Both the position numbers and the translations under genes were made by a program. The notes beneath the pieces are model-generated. The model saw nothing but the letters and a program-made list of their open reading frames with translations. It did no database searches and had not been told where the DNA came from. 64,000 nucleotides of DNA from an uncultured Nitrososphaeraceae archaeon (GTDB taxonomy: Archaea > Thermoproteota > Nitrososphaeria > Nitrososphaerales > Nitrososphaeraceae): assembly GCA_963729045.1 (NCBI GenBank), contig CAVSMN010000012.1, positions 288,001 to 352,000 of the forward strand, read 5' to 3'. This document shows positions 32,362 to 41,671 of this stretch, piece by piece (within the stretch, counting starts at the first letter, position 1; the number at the start of each line of letters is the position of its first letter).

Positions 32362-34023
32362 TCATAAATTACTGATTTTATTTATATAATTGATTAATCT
32401 TTTATCAAGAAAATCAAATTGAAAATCAGTAAGCGAGCCCCTTCTATACGTATTAAATATATCTCTCCTAAGGTTTTCCAATTTGATAATGCTTTCAGTT
32501 TTGTCACCTACGTCAGCATCCTGTATGGCTTTATTAGTTATCTGAATTAGCTTGTTAAACTTTCTTCTCTGTCCACCCTTAAAAAACCATCCAAGTAAAA
32601 CAGAAGCCATACCAGTTATACCTCCTATTAGGAAAATATATTGTTCAGTCGAAAGTGTTGGTCTAAAATTAGCAACAATGTTACCGTATTCGCTTGACTT
32701 AAATTTTAGAGGGTTTTCAGTGCTGAATGCAAGTCCTGACCACGAGTCAAATGTGTATCCTCTTTCAGGCACTGCCGTGCAAGTTGCTTCATTGTCAGTT
32801 GTGATAATAGTACTATTTTGATTTAGATTTTTTATACCATTGCACTCTATGAATCCAGAATTTTCCGGACTAGTCTCAAACCCTATTCTTACTATACTTT
32901 CATCCTCTTTTCCGTCGATTATTGAAAGAGTATTGGAAGCAGTATTCGTAATGTAAACTAGGTTAGTAATGGGGTCTATTGCCACAAAACTTGCAATCAA
33001 TGGGAATTTTATATTTGTGGGAATTGTAGAAGGATATCCTTCTCTTTCGGTAATTGAGGAGGGATTTACTGGGATATCTTTTATTTTCTCCAAGGATGTT
33101 TCGTTTATTACACTTACAGTATTGGATCCTATGTTACTTACATATACCTTACCTGTGAGCGGATTAATTTTCACACCTACGGGAAACTGACCAGTCTGAA
33201 TGGTCTTTAACACAGTGCCGTCAGTTCCATTTATCAAAGAAAGTGAGTTTGAAGCGTAATTTGTCACATAGACAAGGTTTCTTTTCTCATTAATTTCAAT
33301 TCCTACTGGAGAATTGCCAGCAGGGATGCTTTTTATGAAATTGTAATTATCTTCATCTATGACTGTGATAGTTGAATTAGCAATGTTTGAAACGTACAAT
33401 TTATTTGATTGGGGATCAATGCCGATACCATAAGGGGTACTTATGCCGCTTATCGTCCTGATAACCTTATTAGTTATTCCGTCAATCACAGAAATTGAAC
33501 TTGAATCAATATTTGTAACATATACCCAATTACTTGATTGATCCACAGCAACTTGAACCGGGGATTTACCGACTGTAATATTGTCGATTACTGAATCCGT
33601 CGAACCATCAATTACCGTAACGTCGTTTGATCCTCTGTTTGTCACATAAATTCTATTATTAAATTGATTCGCGTCTATACTATATGGAAATATCCCAGTC
33701 TGAATGGTACTTATTAATTTGTCCGTTTTTGCATCAAATACCGAAACTGTATTGGAATACTGATTTGCGACATAGATTTTATTAGTGAATGGATTCAAGG
33801 TTATTCCTACCGGATAGCTTCCTGTATTGAATCCCGAAATGAACTTCTTTTCATCTTCTTGAGCTATTGCCATATTATTTGCTATTGTATTATTGCCTTG
33901 GTCAATGTTCATCCGTCCAGACGAAATTAGTCTGTCTGTAGCAGGCGGAGGATCAAAGTAAATTTGTAGATTCACCAAGGTTAAAAAAATAAATGATATG
34001 AAAATCAGCAACCAAGACTTCAT
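32362..34023 (-). CDS. YVTN/YncE beta-propeller surface protein with InlB-B-repeat-like domain and C-terminal TM
   Basis: Signal peptide, about 7 YV(T/A/S)N..SNTVSVID repeats, P..GYTFDSW, a TM helix and a cytoplasmic tail. Confidence 0.85.
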   Translation of the reverse strand: MKSWLLIFISFIFLTLVNLQIYFDPPPATDRLISSGRMNIDQGNNTIANNMAIAQEDEKKFISGFNTGSYPVGITLNPFTNKIYVANQYSNTVSVFDAKTDKLISTIQTGIFPYSIDANQFNNRIYVTNRGSNDVTVIDGSTDSVIDNITVGKSPVQVAVDQSSNWVYVTNIDSSSISVIDGITNKVIRTISGISTPYGIGIDPQSNKLYVSNIANSTITVIDEDNYNFIKSIPAGNSPVGIEINEKRNLVYVTNYASNSLSLINGTDGTVLKTIQTGQFPVGVKINPLTGKVYVSNIGSNTVSVINETSLEKIKDIPVNPSSITEREGYPSTIPTNIKFPLIASFVAIDPITNLVYITNTASNTLSIIDGKEDESIVRIGFETSPENSGFIECNGIKNLNQNSTIITTDNEATCTAVPERGYTFDSWSGLAFSTENPLKFKSSEYGNIVANFRPTLSTEQYIFLIGGITGMASVLLGWFFKGGQRRKFNKLIQITNKAIQDADVGDKTESIIKLENLRRDIFNTYRRGSLTDFQFDFLDKRLINYINKISNL

Positions 34024-34170
34024 ATACTGACTCTGACTTTATCAATTATAATTTTTTGTATCGCACCTCATAATATCGAAAAGAAGTGATTAGGAATATT
34101 GTTCTCGATAAATCATACTTAACAATTATATCTGCAATAATCTTATTAAATTAAAAGGGATTTAAAAGGC

Positions 34171-34608
34171 GTGGTACAAGTAAAAACCCAGAGCTTATCA
34201 CTAGCTGTACTATTATGTTTTTATGTCATTTTTGTTTTTTCAATTACTCCGTTTATGACCAATTTTCCTGGGATGTCTTTTGAGGTAACTGATCAAAACA
34301 ATGAAGGTGTGTTTAGTTCTTTAAGTAGAAATTTTGAACAAACCGTTGAGGAAATAAACAATGCTGATGAAAAGAGCACTACCTCAACCTCCCCCTCCTC
34401 CTCAACCGACTCCTCTAACAATGCTGATGAAAAGAGCACTACCTCAACCTCCCCCTCCTCCTCAACCGACTCCTCTAACAATGCTGATGAAAAGAGCACT
34501 GCTTCTAATGTCCCAATTGCAGCTTTCGAATCTTCTAATCTCATTAGCAGCAATTCGACCACAACTGACGATTTGGAGAAAAATAATGAAACCGGTTTCA
34601 TCAAGTAA
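34171..34608 (+). CDS. Secreted or membrane-anchored Ser/Thr-rich protein with 20-aa tandem repeats
   Basis: N-terminal hydrophobic helix and NNADEKSTTSTSPSSSTDSS repeats. Confidence 0.65.
   Translation: MVQVKTQSLSLAVLLCFYVIFVFSITPFMTNFPGMSFEVTDQNNEGVFSSLSRNFEQTVEEINNADEKSTTSTSPSSSTDSSNNADEKSTTSTSPSSSTDSSNNADEKSTASNVPIAAFESSNLISSNSTTTDDLEKNNETGFIK
34357..34500 (+). repeat. Perfect 60-bp tandem repeat, 2.4 copies
   Basis: Unit AACAATGCTGATGAAAAGAGCACTACCTCAACCTCCCCCTCCTCCTCAACCGACTCCTCT at 34357 and 34417, with a partial copy at 34477. Confidence 0.95.
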
Positions 34609-34983
34609 AATTAGTAACCATGCCTCTCATGCTGAATCGGGAATTTTTAGTAGACCAAGTAATTCAAAGTAACCCTTAACTACTGAAATTTGAATTAATG
34701 ATTAGAATTTAGCTTGTTCAATACCGAAGTTACTTTAATTTTCCATTGAAAAACTCTTCGTAATCAATTAATGCATTAACGAATTTCAATGGTGCCTTTT
34801 TTTCAGCCAATAAAGGACAATGAATTGATCTACAATTTGTAAATATCAAGATTAGAAGTTTAAATAACGTTAATTAAAATGGCAACACACGTGTTAATTA
34901 TTTAATTTTGAGTAGATTTACATGGTATTTAACAGAATTTACTAAAAAAAGTTAGGAATTCCAGATATAGAGAATGAACTGTC

Positions 34984-36165
34984 CTATGCTACTATATCTG
35001 CTATTGCCTCACCACTCGAAGTGCTGTTTGTGGCATTGTTTATTGCTCCTGTATCATCAATCGATTGTAGGCCCTTTTCGGCAAGTACTTCATTCAACAA
35101 GGTCGTATCATATATGCCTGAAAGATTCGGTCGATCTTTTCCCTTCTCTATAAATCCAAGGTCATATGCGTCATTTGCACTCTTAAAGAGGGTTAACTTC
35201 AATGGATCATATGTGAGTTCTAGATTACTGTAGGCCTTATCTAGTACACTTTCTGATATCTCTTGACCAGTAAGTTTCTTTAATTGAGTATTAAATTCCT
35301 TTGCTGCTGCTGCTGTATCGTTGTTTATCTTTAGTGTTTCATCTACGTGAGCTTCAAGTAATTTCTTTATGATTTCAGGATTCTTTTCAAGATAGTCTGT
35401 TCTGACAATTAAGTTGCCAGTTACAAACTTACCATCTGGCCATAAACTTTTCTCATCAACGAATACTTTACCGCCTGCTTCTTGTACTAATCTTGTTGCC
35501 CAAGGTTCAGGTACCCATGCTCCATCAATTTCACCTTTCAAGAATACTGTTAGTATATCCGCATTTGCAATAGGTAACACTGTTACGTTTCCACCATTTT
35601 CTACAGTATTGAAACCATTATCAATCAAGTATTTTCTCAAGGCCACATCTTGTGTGTTACCTAATTGAGGGGATGCAAATTTCTTTCCACCTAGGTCGTT
35701 GACTGTTTCTATCCCTGAATCATTTCTAACTATGAATGAGGCTCCACCACTAGATGCACCAGAAATTACTCTAAGATCTTTGCCTCCTGTAAGAAGATAT
35801 CCGTTTATAGCAGGGTTAGGACCAATGTAAGTAGCATCAATTCTATCTGCTAATAACGATTCAATTGCAGATGGGCCAGCATTAAATCTAAATGTTTCAA
35901 CAGTAACATTATCTCCTAACGTCTTCTGAAAATCTCCATTATTTAATCCAATTACGGCTTGTGAATGAGTGATATTTGGAAAGTACCCAATTCTCAAAGT
36001 CTTTTTCTCATCACCTAATGATTGTGCACTGGCAATCGATATGGGTGCTGATATCAATGCTATTGTGGTAATAATCATTGTAAAGACCAAGATAATTTGT
36101 CTTCCTCTATTATCAAAATTCTTTGGAATCTTGATACCTACTTTTTCTGACTTATTAATCATCAT
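34984..36165 (-). CDS. ABC transporter substrate-binding protein, SsuA/TauA (aliphatic sulfonate-type) family
   Basis: LRIGYFPNITHSQA, F.AGP..IE.L, YIGPNPA, ASPQLGNTQD, GAWVPEPW, and an N-terminal anchor. Confidence 0.88.
   Translation of the reverse strand: MMINKSEKVGIKIPKNFDNRGRQIILVFTMIITTIALISAPISIASAQSLGDEKKTLRIGYFPNITHSQAVIGLNNGDFQKTLGDNVTVETFRFNAGPSAIESLLADRIDATYIGPNPAINGYLLTGGKDLRVISGASSGGASFIVRNDSGIETVNDLGGKKFASPQLGNTQDVALRKYLIDNGFNTVENGGNVTVLPIANADILTVFLKGEIDGAWVPEPWATRLVQEAGGKVFVDEKSLWPDGKFVTGNLIVRTDYLEKNPEIIKKLLEAHVDETLKINNDTAAAAKEFNTQLKKLTGQEISESVLDKAYSNLELTYDPLKLTLFKSANDAYDLGFIEKGKDRPNLSGIYDTTLLNEVLAEKGLQSIDDTGAINNATNSTSSGEAIADIVA
35575..35769. repeat. 195-bp exact direct repeat, copy 1 (copy 2 at 37179..37373)
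   Basis: Base-by-base identity from TAACACTGTTACG to CACCAGAAATTAC. Confidence 0.95.
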
Positions 36166-36611
36166 GCGTATAACGTTTAACGTTACTTATTATTCATTTT
36201 CAATGTGCCATTTTTTTTAATATTGTGCAGTTTAAGCATATATTCTGCGCCGACCGAAAAGTTATAATATTATGCCATCTATACCCAGGGACACAATTGT
36301 GCTCTATCATTATGTTGATAATTTGGTACAAGTTGTTGATTGAAGGCAAGCGATATGATCTGCCTATAATTAAATTTGAAAGTATCGTGACTCAAAATCA
36401 AAAAATCTAAAGGAGCGCGATTTTGAAAAATGATGTTAGACTTTTTGCCTATCATAATATTAATGGGTAGAAAATACATACTTGATTTTACGAAATTGTG
36501 CTACCTGATCCTTTTCATCCCGGCATATTTGATAGAATCCACCTCCGTTTACTAACAAATGGTTTAATTTACTAATGATTAGTAAATTAAACAACAAACC
36601 ATCATTACTGA

Positions 36612-37769
36612 TTATGGAACGGGGCTCAGACCTTTGCTCTTCAGTACTTCGTTTAAGAGACCAAGATCATAAATACTTGATAAATCTATTTGACGACTGC
36701 TTCCTAGATTTATATATCCCAAGTCGTTAGCGTCCTCAGCTATCTTGTTAAGCGATGCTGAGAGGGGATCGTAGGTAAATTCTATCCTTGATAATGCATC
36801 TTTTATTTGGTCCTCTGGATAAGTCTTACCAGTAATGTTCTTTAGCCCTTCATTAAATGCAACCGTTAATTCTTGAATATTTTTTTCATCCGTTTCAGTA
36901 TTATTAGTTTTTGATAACTTTTGATTTATCCATAATGTTTCATTGATATGTGCTTCAAGCAGTTTCTTTATAATTTCGGGATTATCTTTAAGATAATCCG
37001 TTCTAGCTAAAATATTGGCTGTCACGAATTTACCTTCTGGAGGCCAGAGCTCCCTTTCGTCGACCAAGATAAATCCTTTTCCTTGTTCTTTTAGAATGGC
37101 ACCTAAAGGTTCAGGTACCCATGCCCCGTCAATCTCTTTATTTAGAAACAATTTGATTATGTCCGCGGGTTTTGCTGCTAACACTGTTACGTTTCCACCA
37201 TTTTCTACAGTATTGAAACCATTATCAATCAAGTATTTTCTCAAGGCCACATCTTGTGTGTTACCTAATTGAGGGGATGCAAATTTCTTTCCACCTAGGT
37301 CGTTGACTGTTTCTATCCCTGAATCATTTCTAACTATGAATGAGGCTCCACCACTAGATGCACCAGAAATTACCCGTAAACCCTCTCCTCCCGAAACAAT
37401 GTAACCATTAATAGTAGGGTTAGGACCAACATAAGCTACATCAATCTGTCCTGCATATAGAGCTTCAATTGCCGAGGGACCGGTTGTAAAAACAAACTCT
37501 TTTACTGAGATGTTACCTAAATTCTTTTCATTTTCTATTATTTGTCTAAAATCTCCATTGTTTAGGCCAATTATGGCTTGAGCATGATTCAAATTTGGAA
37601 AATACCCAATTTTTAAAGAATCAGCCTTCGCATTTACGGTTTGACTGGTAGATCCAGTTGTACTATTATCCTGACCCATCAATAAAGACCAATAGAAATT
37701 ATAATTAGAAGATATGATAACTACGATAATTATGGCAAATGAAATACCCAACTTTAATTTTGAATCCAT
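36612..37769 (-). CDS. ABC transporter substrate-binding protein, SsuA/TauA family (second paralog)
   Basis: LKIGYFPNLNHAQA, YVGPNP, ASPQLGNTQD, GAWVPEP. Confidence 0.88.
   Translation of the reverse strand: MDSKLKLGISFAIIIVVIISSNYNFYWSLLMGQDNSTTGSTSQTVNAKADSLKIGYFPNLNHAQAIIGLNNGDFRQIIENEKNLGNISVKEFVFTTGPSAIEALYAGQIDVAYVGPNPTINGYIVSGGEGLRVISGASSGGASFIVRNDSGIETVNDLGGKKFASPQLGNTQDVALRKYLIDNGFNTVENGGNVTVLAAKPADIIKLFLNKEIDGAWVPEPLGAILKEQGKGFILVDERELWPPEGKFVTANILARTDYLKDNPEIIKKLLEAHINETLWINQKLSKTNNTETDEKNIQELTVAFNEGLKNITGKTYPEDQIKDALSRIEFTYDPLSASLNKIAEDANDLGYINLGSSRQIDLSSIYDLGLLNEVLKSKGLSPVP
37179..37373. repeat. 195-bp exact direct repeat, copy 2
   Basis: Identical to 35575..35769. Confidence 0.95.
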
Positions 37770-37965
37770 GTTATTTTTTTTGTAAATGGGATGTATTAAT
37801 AATCAGAAATAGGCAAAAAATGTATATTACACGTGGTTTTAGCAATAATGTTGTAATACTGACTCACAAAGGGTTATTTTCAGTATTTCAACTCCTTTAT
37901 CCTAACTTATCACGGTTCAATAAAAGTATGTGTAGGAGAAAAAGTGATGTTAGGTCAAAATGAAA

Positions 37966-38904
37966 TCATTTATTTTCAATGTCCTGCTCTTGTCTTAATC
38001 CCCATTTCTCTCTTACCCTTTCTTCTAGTTTTGCAAAGATTACTTTATCAAATAACATTCCTAATGCGAAAATAGTAATCATAGATGCTATTATCTGATC
38101 CATCAGTTGGAATTCTCTACCTACTAGTAGTATGTGTCCTATCCCTACCGCAGCAGCCATAAGTATTTCCGCTCCAATCAAAGCGTGCCAAGCAAATGAC
38201 CACGCTTGTTTTATTCCTATTATTAATGCAGGAGTGGCTGCTGGTATCATTAAGTATCTAAATAATGAGAAACCTTTAGCTCCCATATTTCTTGCAGCCT
38301 TTAGATATATGGGAGGTATGTTTCTTATTCCACTGTAAGCAGACATCATGACTGAAAATACTGAACTCATTATGACTACAAATAATATTCCTATATCATT
38401 TAGACCGATAAGCAGGATAGCAAATGGAACCCAAGCAACACTCGGAAAAGACTGTAATCCTACCGCAAAAGAACTCATTGTTTTTCCAAAGCCACTAAAT
38501 CTTACCATTGCAAGTCCCACACAAACCCCGATTCCTATTGATGCAGCAAATCCAATCAAGAGCCTATAAAGAGTCATTCCTATGCTTATCGTCAAAGTGC
38601 TATCTAGAGTTAGGTCATAAAACGATTCTACTACCATTATAGGAGATGGTAGTGATACTTTTGGCCAAATGCCACTTAAATACGCGAGTTGCCATAGGCC
38701 AATAAAAACTGCAATAAATAAAATGGTATTTGAGAATTCATCCAACCTGATTTTCTTTTTCAAGGGAATCTTGCTTTTATTTGGGCTTTTTTCGTCTAAA
38801 GAAATGATTTCTGATTCTTCGATGGAGTGCGATTCATCTAAATCATTTTCAATATCTTCCTTATTTTTCCGTTTATTTTCGTCATCTTCAGGAGCCCTGT
38901 ACAA
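37966..38904 (-). CDS. ABC transporter permease, SsuC/TauC family
   Basis: LPSP..V, GLQSFPSVAWVP, EAA-like AARNMGA, AW..LIGAE. Confidence 0.92.
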   Translation of the reverse strand: MYRAPEDDENKRKNKEDIENDLDESHSIEESEIISLDEKSPNKSKIPLKKKIRLDEFSNTILFIAVFIGLWQLAYLSGIWPKVSLPSPIMVVESFYDLTLDSTLTISIGMTLYRLLIGFAASIGIGVCVGLAMVRFSGFGKTMSSFAVGLQSFPSVAWVPFAILLIGLNDIGILFVVIMSSVFSVMMSAYSGIRNIPPIYLKAARNMGAKGFSLFRYLMIPAATPALIIGIKQAWSFAWHALIGAEILMAAAVGIGHILLVGREFQLMDQIIASMITIFALGMLFDKVIFAKLEERVREKWGLRQEQDIENK

Positions 38905-39250
38905 AGAAATCCTGTTTATTATTAGGCCTCCCGTATATCAATTTTCTTAGGCTTTTTACAAATTTAACTTCTTCAATGCATAATCACTATCACAACTTAC
39001 CTAACTTGAAATCGACCACTCAATTAGATTAGTTATCAGTGGACCATCAAATAAGTTATCAACTTTTTTCGTTTCTTGCCATTATTTGAAAATTATTTTA
39101 AGAAAAATCGATTCTGATATTGGACATTCGTTCAAAATTTTATAAAACTGTAATAAAGAAAACAAAATCAAAATAATATCCTGAAGGAATATTGTAAGAA
39201 CAATGATACAATAATGATTTCGTTATGTGTCTTAAGTTAGCCTGTAATTA

Positions 39251-40237
39251 TTATATCCATTCTGCCTTGACCAAATTGTAGACTTTTTTTCTTGTGTCGT
39301 CTAAGCTATTCTTTTCAATTATCAAACCTTGTTCTTTGAGTTCTTCGACTGAAGCTTGAACTGTTCTTCGTGGTAGATTGGTAACATAGATCAATTCGCT
39401 TTGATCAATAGGGTGCTTACTCCTAATTATGTAGTGAATAAATTTTGTGGCAGGACTACCTTCAGGACCTTTCTTTACTGGAGTAATGCTGAAGCTTGCC
39501 TTAGATAGGAAACCTCTCCTTTGGGACTCTATAGATAATACATTATTGAGTTTTATCTCACCCATATTTACTCGCTGTCCAAATTCTGCTACTAATACTG
39601 CTTGCTGAATCTCTAACGGAGCCTCAAAAATTATGCTGTTAGGATTAATTTTTGAAGTAATAGCGGAAAGTAAATTCCATTTGATATCTCCTTTTTCATC
39701 ATAGATACCCACGTTGTACCCCAAATTTGCTTCCAGGACTATTTTTTCTTGGCTAATCTCTAGAATTTCATTCATCTTCTTTATTGTTTCATCAACCGAT
39801 AGTTGCCTTCTGGGATCTTTGTGCCCGATTTTCCATTGAACCCTCATATCATACGAATCAACTATTTTTAGGATCTTCTTTTTTTCCTCAAAGGCAAGAT
39901 GAATACTATTTTCACTTATTTCAATTATATCAAACCCAATTGTTTTTGCACTCTCCATAAATTTTTCAAACACTTTTTCACGTATCGCGTATTCGGTCAA
40001 CGTACTCCCTGTAGAAACTAGAACATTTGATTGATGGTAAAAATCAATTCTATTAATGAGACTTTGTTGTTTTAGAAGAAGAGGAAATGCTCCATATATC
40101 TTGACCATGTCAATATAAGGAGATATAGTTTCAAAATTCTCTTTGTCAAGACCTTGAAATTTGTCTATAATGTATGTAATACCATCATGACGGGGTTTTT
40201 TATGATCTATTCTGTCCTCAATCAGGGTTTCTAGCAT
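39251..40237 (-). CDS. Phosphosulfolactate synthase (ComA)-like TIM barrel fused to a C-terminal winged-helix DNA-binding domain
   Basis: KPR..GITYIIDK, YIDMVK, EISE, GIYD.KG, IIFEAP..QQ, FG..VN, E.QRRG. The tail is PATKFIHYII...DQSELI..TNLPRRTVQ..VEELKEQGLI...DTRKKVY. Likely start is ATG 40237. Confidence 0.85.
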   Translation of the reverse strand: MLETLIEDRIDHKKPRHDGITYIIDKFQGLDKENFETISPYIDMVKIYGAFPLLLKQQSLINRIDFYHQSNVLVSTGSTLTEYAIREKVFEKFMESAKTIGFDIIEISENSIHLAFEEKKKILKIVDSYDMRVQWKIGHKDPRRQLSVDETIKKMNEILEISQEKIVLEANLGYNVGIYDEKGDIKWNLLSAITSKINPNSIIFEAPLEIQQAVLVAEFGQRVNMGEIKLNNVLSIESQRRGFLSKASFSITPVKKGPEGSPATKFIHYIIRSKHPIDQSELIYVTNLPRRTVQASVEELKEQGLIIEKNSLDDTRKKVYNLVKAEWI

Positions 40238-40611
40238 GAATGGATGTATGCAGAATTTACATATAATTAAATTGATATATGCATTTTTGAAAGTATACAC
40301 TAGACAAGAAGCATTAATTTTCGCATAAGATGTCAAATTGACACATTATCAAAGTTACTTCTTTTATCACTTCATTTCACTTCAATTTAGTCTATTATTA
40401 TTTAATGCAGCTAATTCTAGGTTCCATGACTCATCCTATCAAGTGGGTTAATTCTGACTATGTATGTTTTATTATGTTTTAACAGATTATTTGGGCTTAT
40501 GTCTAGTAGTAACATACCGACTGTAACTAATATTCCATTACAAGAACTAAACCGGGTTTCTAATTGATACCGTAGTTGACTCCTTTTTTTTTAAATGGGC
40601 TGACAATAATA

Positions 40612-40636
40612 CCTTGAAAAGCATCCATTTTCAAGG
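40612..40636. promoter_or_regulatory. Inverted repeat CCTTGAAAA-N7-TTTTCAAGG (candidate operator or terminator)
   Basis: Perfect 9-bp arms between the ABC ATPase stop and the ComA-HTH start. Confidence 0.4.
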
Positions 40637-40798
40637 ATTGTTATTAATCAGTAAAAATTATGCGAAATATTGTATTAAAATAAAAACAAAATAAACGGGG
40701 GAAAAATAGTATTGAGACAAATAGATATTTTGCTGCCTTTGATAATGACTTCTGTTTTACCACATTACCCTGATTTTGTAGTATTAGAATCCTTAACA

Positions 40799-41671
40799 TT
40801 AATTTACTTTGGAAATAATTGTGCGGTCTAGATTTTGATTAATGGTTTCAAACTCTGTGATAGGACCATTTACAAATAAGTCATTTGATTCAGAAATAAT
40901 TTCTCGGGTAATTGATTCCACAAGAGGATGATCAATACTGCGTGGTCTCGGTATATTCACCACAACTTGCTTTTTTATATTCGCCAATTTGGGAGACATA
41001 ACAATAACTCTGTCACCCAATGCCACTGCCTCATGAATGTTATGAGTTACAAACAAAATAGTCTTTTTGGTTTCCTGGTGAATCCTCAATAGATGTGAAT
41101 AAAGCATTTTTCTAGTTTGAACATCTAAAGCAGCGAAAGGTTCATCCATTAGCAAAATCTTAGGATCCAACGCCAATGCTCTGGCGATCGCAACTCTTTG
41201 TTTCATTCCTCCAGATAGCTGGTGAATATAGGCATGGGTAAAATTGGTCAATTGAATCATATCAATTAATTTCATGACTTTTTCTTCCCTCTTATCTTTT
41301 GGAATTTTTGCAATTTTTAAACCAAATTCTATATTTTCATATACTGTTAACCAGGGAAATAAAGCTCCTTCCTGAAAAACTACCACCCGATCCGTGCTTG
41401 GAGATAGAGCAATAGGTTTATCATCAACAAGTATCTCACCATCAAATTTATTATCTAGACCAGCAACCAAATTAAGTAACGTACTTTTTCCACACCCAGA
41501 AGGACCTACAATAGTAACAAACTCTCCATTTTTGATGTTTAAACTAAGTTTATTGATAACCGTATGTTTGGAATGAATCTTGTTCTTTTTTTCAGTATAT
41601 CCTTTAGAAATGTTTTCGAGTTTTAAAATTGAACTATCAATAGATTGAATAGGATTTGCTAAACTAGACAT
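40799..41671 (-). CDS. ABC transporter ATP-binding protein, SsuB/TauB family
   Basis: GPSGCGKS, FQEGALFPW, LSGGMKQR, DEPFAALD, FVTH. Confidence 0.93.
   Translation of the reverse strand: MSSLANPIQSIDSSILKLENISKGYTEKKNKIHSKHTVINKLSLNIKNGEFVTIVGPSGCGKSTLLNLVAGLDNKFDGEILVDDKPIALSPSTDRVVVFQEGALFPWLTVYENIEFGLKIAKIPKDKREEKVMKLIDMIQLTNFTHAYIHQLSGGMKQRVAIARALALDPKILLMDEPFAALDVQTRKMLYSHLLRIHQETKKTILFVTHNIHEAVALGDRVIVMSPKLANIKKQVVVNIPRPRSIDHPLVESITREIISESNDLFVNGPITEFETINQNLDRTIISKVN

Noticed and set aside
34357..34500. Possible CRISPR array
   Set aside because: The units are fully identical with no unique spacers, they are in frame within a CDS, and no cas genes are present.
34293..34672. Pro-rich ORF 34361..34672 (+) and antisense ORF 34293..34604
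   Set aside because: These are alternative-frame readings of the tandem repeat. The frame with a signal peptide is more plausible.
39251..40336. A complete coenzyme M biosynthesis locus, and the 361-aa N-terminal extension
   Set aside because: No comB/C/DE is in the window and the motifs are altered. The extension upstream of ATG 40237 overlaps a TATA-like element and has no ComA similarity.
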